The position numbers were made by a program, and so were the translations under genes. Shown in pieces: positions 37,858 to 49,514 of a stretch of 64,000 bases of DNA (position 1 is its first letter; every line of letters begins with the position of its first letter). The notes under the pieces were generated by a model that saw nothing but the letters and a program-made list of their open reading frames with translations, ran no database searches and was not told the DNA's origin. The DNA is from Camelus ferus (taxonomy: Eukaryota): positions 6,760,001 through 6,824,000 of the forward strand of contig NC_045696.1 of assembly GCF_009834535.1 (NCBI RefSeq). Direction: 5' to 3'.

Positions 37858-38876
37858 TTCCCATTTACAATGGCATTGAAAACAATAAAATATTTAGGAA
37901 TAAATTTAACCAAGGAGGTGAAAGCTCTCCAGTTTCAAAACTACAAGACGTTGGTGAAAGAAATCAAAGAAGACACACATCAATGGCAAGGTACTCATGT
38001 TCACGAGTTGGAAGAATTAATATCACTAAAATTTCAGTGCAACCAAAAGCCATCTATATATTCAACACAATCTCTATCAAAACTCCAACAGCGTTTTTAC
38101 AGAATAAGGAAACACACTCCTAAAATGTATATGGAACCACAAAAGACTCCAAATAATTTAAGAAATCCTGAGGAGAAGAACAAAGCAGGAAATAGCACAC
38201 TCCCTGATTTCAAGTTACCCTATAAAGCTGAAGTAATCAAAACAGTGAAGCGCAAACATAGAGACAGACGCATGGATCCATGGAACGTAACTGAGAGCCA
38301 GCCCAGAAAGGAACCAAAGCGTATATGGTCGACTAACTTCTGATGAGGGAGCCAAGGATGCTCAGTAGAGAAAAGACGATCTCTTCAAAAGGTGATTCTG
38401 GGAAAACTGCATATTCACATGTAAAAGAGTGAAACTGGACCCCTATCTTAGTCCACTCACAAATATTGACTTAAAATTGAGCAAAGACTTAAGTGTTAGA
38501 CCTGAAACCATGAGACTCCTAGAAGAAAACATATGACTTAAACTCCCGCACATGAATTTTGGCAAATGATTTTTTTTTAATATGTCACCTAAAGTACGAG
38601 TAATAAAATAAAACAAACCAGCAGAACTACATCAAACTAATAATTTTCTTGCAGTGAAAGAAACCATCAACAAAGTGACATAAAAACCTATAGAACAAGT
38701 AAAAACTATTTGCCAACCATATATTTCATAAGGGCTTAATATCCACCTTTTGCAATAATCACTTTTCAGTATATGTGCGTAAATCAAGCCGCCATGCTGT
38801 ACACCTTAAAATTACACAGTGTGTATGTCAAATATTTCTCCATAAAACTGGGAGAAGAGTAAATACATGAATAATT
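37858..38876 (+). mobile_element. LINE-1 ORF2 fragment fused directly to an L1 3' terminus (internal deletion)
   Basis: ORF 37831..38343 'PFTMALKTIKYLGINLTKEVK...NYKTLVKEIKED...KNKAGNSTLPDFKLPYKAEVIKTV' is L1 ORF2 at the end of and after the RT domain. 3' terminus 'gctgtacaccttaaaattacacagtgtgtatgtcaaatatttctccataaaactggg'. Confidence 0.9.
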
Positions 38877-39694
38877 AAGCACCCTCAAGTGTTAACATTC
38901 GTTATTTTTAAGAGGAATTTGGGAGTAAATGTTATTTTCCATGCCCTTTACCTGTAGATGACCAGACATCTCAGTCTTCTCCAGATAGTCATGGTCTGTG
39001 CAGGTTGTCCTGGTGAAATTAGTGACAGCACCTTTCCAAAAGTGACCTCCCTAGAAGACAAATTACATAATCACCTCTTCTTATATACCTGTTTTTCAAA
39101 CAAATATCTAAGTACTTACCCCAGGCCTGCAGCGTCTGTTTCTGAAATGGAAATTACTTTACATTTTTTTTTCCTGATTATGGGGATAATTCATCTTCTT
39201 TGTGAAAAAGAAATTAGAAAATACAGAGGCATAAAGAAGCAAAACAATTCCATTTACTGGCTTGTTTCCACTTGTGATATTGCTTTAGCTTACGTATGCA
39301 TTCACAGTTGATTTCCATAAACATACTGCAATATAGCTGAGCCCAGATTATTATATTTCCTTGTTTTATAGCTGAAGACACTGCAGGTGAAGCACCTGCA
39401 GCCCAGATCCTCTGCCTTGAAATCTCATTCTCTCTCCACTGCATCACATTGCCTGGGAGACACAGATGAAGAGAAAGGCACAGCGATGGCGGTGACAGCA
39501 ATAAGGGACATTAGGGTTGAGCTCCTGCTGGGCAGATGTCTTTAAAGGTCTAAGCAATCTTAAGAGGTGGGCATTAAGGGGGAAAGTGACACTTGGTGAG
39601 GAGCAGCAGTTGTCCAATACCCATCTCACAGCTCGCAGGTGATGCCTGGCTTCCATGCCTCAGCTCACGGCCATTAGGTTTTCACCATCTTATA

Positions 39695-40830
39695 TTTTTC
39701 AGAATCAATTTTACTGAGATACAGTTGCAAGCAGTCAAATGCTGCCATTCTAAGTGCATAGTTCCATGAATTTGGGAAAACGTATATACAATGCAACTAT
39801 CACCACAATCAAGATTTTGAATTTTGATTTTGTCACCCTCAAAAGTTTCCTTATGCCCTTGGACAGTCAGTCCTCATGCCCACCACTGCCGCCAGGCAGC
39901 CACTCATCTACCACTGTAGCTTAGTTTTGCCTCTTCTAGAATTTCATAGAAATAGAATGATACTCTTTAATATAGCAAGGCTGAAATTTACCGGAGCTCT
40001 GTGCTCCTGGAAAACAGCAAATTTTCCAGGAACACCCCTCTTCTACCTTTTTGTGCTCCAGGAAACATCTTACAGCAAAAGGCACACTTCCCCCTGCAAG
40101 TTAGTAAGACTCCAAGGTGCCCTCCTTGTTTATGTGATGAGAGAGCCAGACACTGAGCCTGCAAACTCCCTTCCTTTGCCTCATAAGTGATTCGCTGGAC
40201 TGCTGGTGCCCACTAATCAATCAGAACAAAATGTTTGTTAACCAAACTGGGGTTAAGGGTCTCCCCTTCCCCAGGCCAGTGAACTATGGCTCACAGTCCT
40301 CCAGTGCCAGCAGACAGCCCCTCCCAGAAAAAGAGCCCCACCTTCACTGCACCTCAGGGTAAAACCTTCCAGATCTTCTGTCCCATCACCTCTGCTCTCA
40401 CCCTTCTTCCCCTACTGCTTCTTCCTAGCCTTATTCACTCCTCTCTGCAGAGAACAACCCCTCACCCTAGCCTTTGAGAGCCTTGCTGATCTGATGGTCA
40501 GACCCGTCTCCCCCATTGTGAATAAAATCTCTCCACGTGAAGTCCAGATTTGTTTTTTATTTGACACACATCTGGCTTCACTTGCTCAACATGATGCTTT
40601 TAAGATCCAACCACGTTTCTCCCCATGTATCAGGAGGCTTTTTTCATTGCAGATTAATATTCCACTATGTGAATACACAAGTTGTTTGTCCATTCCCCAG
40701 TGGATGGCCATTTGAGTTGGTTCTTGGGTTTTGGATGCTGTGAATATTCTTGGGCAAGTCTTTCTGTGGACATGTGCTTTCAATACTCTGGGTAAATATC
40801 CGGGAGTGGAATTGCTGGGTCCCCACATTT
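39695..40830 (-). mobile_element. Old LINE-1 3' end interrupted by an LTR
   Basis: 'tgcaactatcaccacaatcaagattttgaa...ctagaatttcatagaaatagaatgatac' resumes after the LTR as 'tggcttcacttgctcaacatgatgcttttaagatcc...gggagtggaattgctgggtc'. Confidence 0.85.
39971..40566 (+). mobile_element. ERV1 solo LTR (MER34/MER39-like)
   Basis: Interrupts the L1. 'tgtttgttaaccaaactggggttaagggtctccccttccccaggcc', AATAAA at 40521 and terminus 'gtccagatttgttttttatttgaca'. Confidence 0.8.
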
Positions 40831-41004
40831 TAAAGGAAAGTGTCCTCTCCTCTTCTTTGATTACAGTGTTCCCACTACGAGACAGGTATAGAACAGCATT
40901 TTCTGATTAAAAATCTTCTAGAAGTGAGATGTTGCATGGTTTCCTCACTTGCATTTCACTCATGTATGAGCACATAGGATGTTTCCTTTAAAAACACAAG
41001 CTTC

Positions 41005-41142
41005 TTCACAGTGAAAAAAAAGTGACAATGAATATATGTATGTTCATGTATAACTGAAAAATTGTGTGCTACACTGGAATTTGACACAACATTGTAAAAT
41101 GACTATAACTCAATTTTAAAAATTATTTCTCAATAAAAAAAT
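41005..41142 (+). mobile_element. Very short young LINE-1 3' end with TSD
   Basis: 'gacaatgaatatatgtatgttcatgtataactgaaaaattgtg...cattgtaaaatgactataactcaat'. Exact TSD aacacaagcttc (40993-41004 / 41143-54), preceded by a ttt/aaaa endonuclease site. Confidence 0.9.
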
Positions 41143-42529
41143 AACACAAGCTTCACATCAAGCTTCTCCCATCACCAAAGTAGCTCAGCATTCTGCACAA
41201 TTCCAAAGAAGAGATTGGAACATGTGGATTCAAGTTTGAGCAACACATATGTCCTTTCTGCTAAAAGATTGTTTTAATTTGCCCATTCTTAATGTTTCAT
41301 TCACAATGTTATAAATATTATGCCCTTTTTCTCTGCATCTTCCACTTACCCTCCACTCCTCTCCCCAGTAAGGCTTGGTTTATTGTGTTCATAAACAAGA
41401 ATTGGCTAACATTTGTTCTTTTTAAGAGAACAAAGCCCTCCTTTTTCTATTCCATCAAATTAAGTTCAGCGATTCTGCTAGTTAAAATTACATTAGACAA
41501 TTTCAGTTCAGAAGAAAAAAAATCAGCAATAAAAACAGAATCCCCATTTGAATAGGGAGGGAAGAGAATAGTTGAGGATAAAATGCAAGGTTTCCTTTGT
41601 GAATTTTTATTTCCATCTTCAATGGCTCCTGCTCAGATGCCCATTTAACTTTCCAGCCTAGTTGGTTTCCTCCCATCCTGTGACCTGAGCAGAGGGCTGA
41701 GTTCCAGGGAATGGGCAGTCCCAGCTCGGAGGTAGGAGGGAGGAGATGAGGAAAGGATGCCAGGAGAGTGGGAGAGAGCTGGCCTTAGATCTCTTGCTCT
41801 GATGGGCTTACAGTTCTGGAAAAAGAACTTGTCCCAACGCTATCTGCACTCCGAGCATTTCCACCTACAGAAATCAAATGCTTCCCTACTTCCCAGCCCC
41901 CCAGTGACTGCTTGTCAGGAGCACTGACTACCGCCATCAGTAATTGACAGCCTTTAAATGTTTAAACACTGCTGTTCCTGGAACACAGGCTTACCTGGAA
42001 GCAGTGGCTTTTCACCAGAAGCCCATATTCTCAGGTTAATTAAGTAGTGCTCAAGGCTCCAATTAATGCCATTAAATCCCCACATAAAAATCCTGCAATT
42101 TTATCATCATTGCACCACAGTTACTTGTAATTACAGATTTATAAACAGAACATCTAGCCCCATATTAAGACATTTCAGAGGACTAAATAAATACACTTCT
42201 GGTTAAATGTATCTGTGGGCTTGTTTTGTTGGTGGTATGTTTTGTTTCTTTTTTTTCTTTCTTTCTTTCTTTCTTTCTTTATCTCCCAAAACAAAGCAGC
42301 CTATTTCCTTGCTTTTGGTTCCAGCAGGAGTAAGCCAAACTGCAGTCACTTTTAACAGGTCCCTTAACTACTGTGTTCTTTTCAATCTCTCTCTCTGTTG
42401 TTTCATAACACGTAGTTGAGTATTATAAAAGGGCAACAGAGCGAGGGCTCTTCTGCTAGTGTCTGGTCATGCTACCTCTTTCTAGGCAACATAAACACAT
42501 CCCCACCCGAAAAGCAAACAGGCAGGAGC

Positions 42530-42704
42530 TAGAATCAATTTAGGAGTCCTTCCTCCACTATGGAGCCAATTCTTTCTGCCGAAACAGTTACTGCTGTCCA
42601 AGCTAGTAGCGGTTGCAGCTGAGTTCAGTCTCTCTCCCCGGTTACAATAGTCTTAAATAAAGTCTTATCACTGTAACAAGTGTCAGGATAATTTCTCTTT
42701 AACA
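42530..42704 (+). mobile_element. ERV1 LTR 3' portion (MER31/MER34-group-like)
   Basis: 'gagttcagtctctctccccggttacaatagtcttaaataaagtctt...aatttctctttaaca'. Confidence 0.6.
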
Positions 42705-43784
42705 GTAACCAAACTCAGGTTTGGTAAATGGCTCCCCTCCTCCCACCCACACCCTCGTGGATTAGGGACAGGAAAGCCTTGTCTAAGCACCATGCCAACA
42801 TCAGACGGAAGAGAGTTTCAGGGTATTGCTGGCTTCTCAGGTACAGGTTTTATTAATTCAAGCCCATCTTAAATTTGAAACTATTTTTTAAGACTTCGGT
42901 TAAAAACAATGTCTGCTTTCTATCTGGAATGTTACGGAAGTGATTTTTGGCATAGAACCTATGGCAAAAAAAATCAGTAAGCTAAGAATTTAGTAATCCA
43001 AAATGGAGCTGAGAAATATTCTGCAAAAAAATCATAGTACTGTTATTGAGGGTGTTTATTATGTTAAAGGAAGTTTTCTCAATGAAAGCAATTAACATCA
43101 AATTAATTTAACCCTAATTTCTAGAACTGCTCAAGGAATTTATAAAAATACTGTGTACTGTGAGTAGATGCTGTTGGTGTCCTGCCCAGATACCCATCGC
43201 CAGCCAGTGCACCCATCCCCTTAGGTGCCAACCAGTAAGCACGCACAGCTGACCCTTCTCTGGAGAACGGGCCTCGGCCACAAATGCATCCTCTCGCCAT
43301 CCCCACCCCCAGAGACCAACTGATACCAGGAGCAAAAGGACGCCCACTTTTCAGGAGGCAGAACGGGCTCTGTGATGCAGTCTCACTACAGAATCGGGCT
43401 GAGGCAGAGCCTCGGCTGAGCGCGCAGCCTTGCTTAGCCCCTACCGTATCCCGCATCTGTCTCCTGAGAGCGTGGCCTCTTTAAGCCAGGACTCCCGGAT
43501 CCCTGCCTCAGGCTCTGCCTCTGGGGAACCCAAACTATTCCAAAGGTGTAAGAGGCTACCCGTCCTGACCTGCTCCCATCACACATCTCACTCCGTGAAG
43601 ATTATCAAGAGAGTCCCTGGAAGGAAAACCCAAAGCCGGTCTCCTCAGTGTGTTGCTCGAGGACCCCCCAGACCTGGCTCCACCCTCATCGTGCTGCCCT
43701 CCTTGCACTTGACCTTTCAGAAGTGTGGAATTCTTTGTATTCCCTGCCCTCACCCCTCCTTTGCCAATTCCACCACATAGCCAC

Positions 43785-44000
43785 GCATAAGCTCACACAC
43801 ACGTGCCCATGCATGTGTAAACACTCACACATGGGCTCACATGCATCCACACACCTGCACATGCAGAAACAGAAAACATGTGTACATGCATGAACACACA
43901 GATACACATGCACGCGCACACGTGTATACACATACGTATACATGAACACACAAATGCACGCATGCATATACACACAAATATACATGCACACACACACGTA
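43785..44000. repeat. Long degenerate (CA)n/(CATG)n alternating purine-pyrimidine tract
   Basis: About 215 bp of 'cacacacgtgcccatgcatgtgtaaacactcacacatg...catgcatatacacacaaatatacatgcacacacacacg'. Confidence 0.85.
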
Positions 44001-44360
44001 CCAGCCACACTGCTGGTTCTTGCCTTTACGGCTTTGTTCATGCTTTTTCCCTCTTCCTGGAATGCCTTGCTCCCGTTGTGGACCAGCTAACCCTATTCAT
44101 ACTTCCTGGCTAATCTCAGAAGCCACCTTCTTCAGGAAGCCTTCCTGTGTGGGTTAGATTTCCCTCTGTGCTCCTGGAGCGCCCTGAACTTACTTCTGTC
44201 ATAGCTCCTGCCTATTACAGTGACATTATCTGACCATGCCCAGCTCTCTGGGCAGACTGTGCACTCCCTGAGCTGCCTGAGGTCACAGACTTTTTTATTG
44301 ATCTTCTAACACAGTGTCCAGTATCTAGGAGACACTCATTAAGTGCTTCCTGAATGAACT
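44001..44360 (+). mobile_element. L2 3' end
   Basis: 'ctttgttcatgctttttccctcttcctggaatgccttg...caccttcttcaggaagccttcctg...gacactcattaagtgcttcctgaatgaa'. Confidence 0.75.
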
Positions 44361-45363
44361 GGGAAAGAATTGAAAAATTTAAAGGTTGCAAGTTATCCGG
44401 AACAGTGGCCTGGGTTGACTTTTGTTGGCAGAGTAAAAGAAATTTTCTTTTTAAGTATATATAGAATCAGCACTCTCTATAACAAAAGGTCTAGTATCTC
44501 CTTTGAGAGATTTTCAGCATCTCACTAGGTAGAAGGCAAATGGGGATCTGGTAGCCAGTTCATAAAAGCAGGAGCAGGTGGTGTCTGTGCTGGAAAGGGA
44601 GCAAGCCAAGCACAGCATTACGGCCCAGGTGGCAGGTCTGGGGGCCTGCGTGTCGTCCTCCTTGGTGAGAACTGCCAGACACAAGGAGACTCCAGAGGCT
44701 GGGCCAAGGTCCTCACCCCTGCTTCCCACCCGGACTAAGTGCTCTGGGGACTCCCCTGCCTGGGGGTGGGGTCTACCCTCTCTGTGGGAGCAAGAACCAG
44801 ATGCCACAACCAAGGCAGCAGGGCATAACAACTGCTAAGAACCCAGGCCAGTCCTCTGAGGTCTCCATGCTGGAAGAAGGGGTCCAGCTGTCTCCCAGTG
44901 CTGGGGCTTCCTCCCCTGACACCAGGGGCTCAGAGGGGGCGGGGGCACGGATGGGCCATTTTATTTTCTTACACCAGCCACCAACTGGGTGGCCATGAGA
45001 TTCCTGCAGTAACAAAGAACCAAGTTTGCAAGCTCAGCACCACATCTTTTATTTACAGTCTCAAGACCCATCCTGCATACTCTGCTGACTCTCACTCAAG
45101 CCCCTGCCAAGGCCTCCTGCAAGGCGGCTGGAGGAGGCTGCTCCACGCCTTTTTGCTGCTCACGCCATGGGACACAGGCTTTTCTCATTGTGTTATCACA
45201 AAAGGGGCCAAGAGAGAGCCCATGGTAACCATGGTGACCACGCGTGAAGCCTGCACAGGTTCGCCTCCTGGAGACATTGTTCCACAGGTACGCCTGGTTT
45301 GTGAGAGTCTGTGTCCTCAGGGATGTGGCAGTTTTGCAGGCTTTTCTTCCTTGCCTTGTAAGG

Positions 45364-45474
45364 CCACACCCCAGACATGATGAATCAGAAATTCTGGGGG
45401 CAGGACCAGCAATCCATGTCTCAGCAAGCCTTTCAGCCGATTCTGATGGCCACTGACGTGTGAGAACCGACTGG
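45364..45474 (+). mobile_element. hAT-Charlie MER5A-like half element
   Basis: 'ccacaccccagacatgatgaatcagaaattctgggggcaggaccagcaatc...gattctgatggccactgacgtgtgagaacc'. Confidence 0.75.
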
Positions 45475-45739
45475 ATTACAAGGTAACCACTCACAATGCC
45501 CCTGTCGCCTGCTGACCATCATATTGATTGATGGGGAGAGTCCTTGAAAAGGGCAATTGCTGCCAATGAAGATAACAAGACAGGCAAAAAAAAGCTCATT
45601 TGTTCACCTTCTCTTCAAGGCCAGCCACCCTCCTGCAGACTAAGTAGAGCAGATAAAAATATTAGTTGGCTTCCTTCTTGCCTTTTCAGAGTAACCAAGA
45701 TTCATGATCCTCCAGGATAGTGGATTCCAAAGTAAGGAA

Positions 45740-46308
45740 GCTCACATTAAAAAGACAGAACATTGTGATGAAGTGATCTCAAGAATGCAGATTGATTTAA
45801 TATTCAAAAAACATGTAATTCACCACATTAACAAACTAGAAAAAGAAAAACCATATGATCATCTCAATAGCCACAGAAAATGCATTCAACACTCTAACAT
45901 CCATTCCCTATTTTAAAAATCTCAGCAAACTAGGAACAGAAGAAGACTTCCACTGCTGACTGAAATCAAAGACACAAGGAATGGAAAAATAGGCATCTTT
46001 TTATTCAGTATTGTTAAAATGTAAATTTTATCCAAATGGATCTATAGATTCAATGCAATCCCAATCAAAATCCCAGAAAGCTTTTTTGAATTCATTGATG
46101 AACTGATCCTGAAATTCGTGTGGGAACACAAAGAACCTGGAATACTCAAAACAACTTAGAAAACGTTAGAGGGCTGACAGTATCTGATTTCAAGATTCAC
46201 TATGAAACTGTAGTAATCAAAACCAATGTGGTGCTGGTGTAAAGACAGAAAAATAATGCAACAGAACAGAGCAGAGAATTGAGGATGAGATCCATGCATA
46301 CATGGATA
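45740..46308 (+). mobile_element. Old LINE-1 ORF2 fragments
   Basis: ORF 45704 'VIHHINKLEKEKPYDHLN' (RT region) and 'gatctatagattcaatgcaatcccaatcaaaatcccag'. Confidence 0.85.
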
Positions 46309-46329
46309 CGCCCCGCCGTGCAGTGGGTG

Positions 46330-46545
46330 TTAATTCTACGCCACACATTGGCCTAAGTACTTGAATATGCTAAAAATATCTTTTCTAATCTCACACAGCA
46401 AACGTGTAAGAGGTACTATTATTACGGACCACATTTTATAAATGAGTCTACTGGAATCAGAGGTAAACTTGCACTTGCCGAGTCACCCAACTGCAGTGGC
46501 AGAGCTTGGATCTGATTGTAAGATCTATGTTTTTAACCACCTGTG
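46330..46545 (-). mobile_element. MIR SINE
   Basis: 'taatctcacacagcaaac...ggtactattatt...cattttataaatgagtctactgg...gtggcagagcttggatctga...ttttaaccac'. Confidence 0.65.
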
Positions 46546-48406
46546 GAAGGAAATGGACCATGTTTGATGACCAGCTAAATGACCATGACATATACCCTGT
46601 CTCATTGGGCCCCTGCCTCACTCTTTGGTCTTACAATGTGGGAATATATACATGCAGATAGTTCTTACCTGTTCTCAGAGACTGGAGAGGGCTGGGCCGG
46701 TTGAGCACTCACTTCCACTCTGCCCACACCTGGCTGGATTGCAGAATTGAATCTGAAATCCACCAGCGGGTTTTACGCCCTGGGTGTTTCTCTCTGCTGC
46801 TAGTGGTCACATTTCAGTGATCTTGTTCCCAGCAGAAATGCAGCCAGCCTAAACCATGAACTTCTTCCTTTTGTTGTTGGCTTTTTGGATTTTGGTTATT
46901 TTGGTTTGTTTTTTACTTTCACAGGAGTCCAAGGCCAGGGCTCTGAGCGCCCCACGGCACCACTGAAGTTGCTTTTCTGCAACAGGACAGGTGTGATTTG
47001 CTGCCTTGCTCAACAAACTGGCAACCCAGCTTGCAGATTTTAACACAGAGGACTCAGGGCTAATGATAAATTGTCTCTCACACATTACCTTGGTGGATAG
47101 AGTGTCCAACCACATCAAGGCTGATGATTCCAATTGGCATTTATGATCGCCCTTGTGTTTCTTGAACGAAAGCCCTTCTCTGACTGGAATTTTGTAATCA
47201 GAAGCAACAATTAATGTCTTCTATGAACCCTTTCATTTCAAAATCCACGTAGTGTCTGAGGGAGTTCTCTGCAGACCTAAAGGCACTTGTTATTATAAAA
47301 AATGCTTCCCAGAATCTCGACTCTAAAGGCAGATATATTATGCAAAGAAATTGAACAGCATGAATAAAATGTTTACAGAGGAGAAGATAAAAAGAGGCAC
47401 ACGTCCCACATAAATGTCTTGGTCACTTGGCATCATCAGCTGCTGTTACACATGCGTTATCTCCAGATATCCAAGACTTCCTCATCTAGCATCAGAATTA
47501 ATTTAAATAATTGAGCTATTTTAATGGAAATTATTCTAAGATGCACAGCACGGTTTCCTTCTTTCTAAAAAGAGAACAATAAACATAATTTAAAATTTTC
47601 TTGATGAATCATGGTTATTTAATACAGTATGTTAAATAAATACAGTGCTGGCTTTTTATCAGCAGTATTTCTCCTGCTAGTGGGTATTCTCCCAGGTCTT
47701 CATGCTGTGGATAAATAATCAAGTTTGTTAGGATTGTATATAAAGTAAAAGTCAATAAGAAATAAGTAGTGAAGTGTATGACTTGTACACCAAAGTCTTT
47801 GGGAAAATTATTCTTTATATTAAAGGGCTTTTTATTTGCACCTTGTGATGTGTGTGGAAGGAACATTGCCACCAGATAAATGGGTTATAGGGACTATAAC
47901 AACCATAGTCATTCTCCCAGAATTTTATAAGAAAAATGCTTTTCATACAGTGGTTTCTTTAATTCTCAGTCTGAGTCCTGAGGCAAGTAAGTGATTCTTT
48001 AAAGTCAGACTTTCACTACTGAGTGTTAGAACTCTGACTCAAAGCCTATATATTTATGAGAAAGAAACCAAAGGCTTGTAAATAATGAAATTTCAGATAC
48101 TTACGAAGTAAAACAAGTTTGCAGAGAAGGTCTTGGATTCAGTGTTGATTTAGATCCATTGCTACCCCTTTACATCTGTTGCATCTATATTCATTGTATT
48201 TTGCAGTGAGACCTTTAGTGCAGGGAGGAGGTGAAGCTAGGGTACCTTATGAACCACCAGATAAACTACACTTACGTATAATTATGATGACAAGTTGACT
48301 TTGTTATACTCTAGTACCTTGTCTGTACTAATTTACATGGTGGCCAGATGATTCGTTAACAAAACATCCCTCAACTATAGCCACTCTAGGTGAAGAGAGC
48401 TTTATG

Positions 48407-48612
48407 CAGGATGGGCAAACTATAGCCCATGGGCTAGTCTCCTGATTTTATAAATTGAGTTTTACTACAACACAGACACACTCAATGATTCACATTGTAT
48501 CTGTGATTATTTTTGCCCTCCAATGACAGAGTTGAGTGATCGAGACTGTAAGGTGCACAGAGCTGAAAATACTCACTACCTGGCCCTTTAAGGAAAATTT
48601 GGCCAACTCCTC
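48407..48612 (+). mobile_element. hAT-Charlie MER58A-like MITE, near complete
   Basis: 'caggatgggcaaactatagcccatgggc...tttataaattgagttttact...cagagttgagt...ctacctggccctttaaggaaaatttggccaactcct' with degenerate terminal inverted repeats. Confidence 0.85.
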
Positions 48613-48701
48613 TTTCATGGTATAAATCATGACAATATTTTCCAAGCTGACATTTGGAACACATGGTCTGACAAATATCACAGCATTCCCAGGATAATAC
48701 T

Positions 48702-48810
48702 TCATTTATTCATTCAGCAAATATTTATGGAGTGTGTTCTCCAGTTCAAGCACAAGATGAGGGGCAGTAATGAGTGAAGAAAATAATGTCCCTGCCCTTC
48801 AAATCAATCA
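48702..48810 (-). mobile_element. L2 3' terminus
   Basis: 'ttcatttattcattcagcaaatatttatggagtg...gtccctgcccttca'. Confidence 0.65.
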
Positions 48811-48884
48811 TGAGTCGCATAATCAAAAATCAAAGTGAAACGATAGCCCTGGTAAGTTTCATGGAACAAAATAGTAGTACATTT

Positions 48885-49231
48885 GGAATTTATTGTAAGG
48901 AATCAGTTTATACGATTGTGGAGACAGGCTAGAGTTTTCGTAGAGGAGGCTGTTGGGGAGTGGGCTGGAACCCTCTACCTGGCTGAAGCTGCCGGTCACA
49001 GGACGACTCTCTCCTCATTTCAGGGAAGGCTCATCTCTGCACTTAAAATTTTTCAGCTGATTGAGTCAGGCCCTCCTAGACTGTCTAGGAAAAATCTCCC
49101 TTACTTAAAGTCAGCTGATTATGAATTTTCATCACATCTACGAATGCCTTCCCAGCAACACTTAGATTAGAGCTTGATTGAGTAAGTCGGGACTTCACCC
49201 AGTCAGGCTGACACATCAAAAGACCATCACA
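48885..49231 (-). mobile_element. ERVL LTR (MLT2C-like)
   Basis: 'tttcagctgattgagtcaggccc...aatctcccttacttaaagtcagctgattatg...cagcaacacttagattag...gctgacacatcaaaagaccatcaca'. Confidence 0.8.
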
Positions 49232-49339
49232 ATGCTGAATTGTTTTATTTACTTTTGTTTATTTTATTTCATTAGGGATGCTTATATTTTTAACAGCCCT
49301 ATTGAGGCATAGTTTTCATACAAGAAAATTCACCCATTT

Positions 49340-49514
49340 AATTTCTTCCAGTTTTGAGATAGAATTGAAATATAACATTGTATTAGCTTAAAGTGTACAA
49401 CATAGTAATTCGATATCTATATATTTTAGAAAATGATTACCACACAAGTTTAGTTAACATTCATCGCCTCATATGGATGCAATCTTTTTTCTTGTGAAAT
49501 TTTTAAGATCTTTT
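49340..49514 (-). mobile_element. Short L1 3' end nested in the older L1
   Basis: Perfect 15-bp TSD aaaattcacccattt (49325-39 / 49515-29) around 'gagatagaattgaaatataacattgtattagcttaaagtgtacaacat...'. Confidence 0.9.

Noticed and set aside
37831..38343. 170-aa RT-related ORF (also 50940-51711 and 54023-54382)
   Set aside because: Frameshifted, truncated L1 ORF2 relics; no intact or domesticated reverse transcriptase or endonuclease.
43648..44157. His/Thr- and Cys/Val-rich ORFs
   Set aside because: Translations of the degenerate (CA)n tract.
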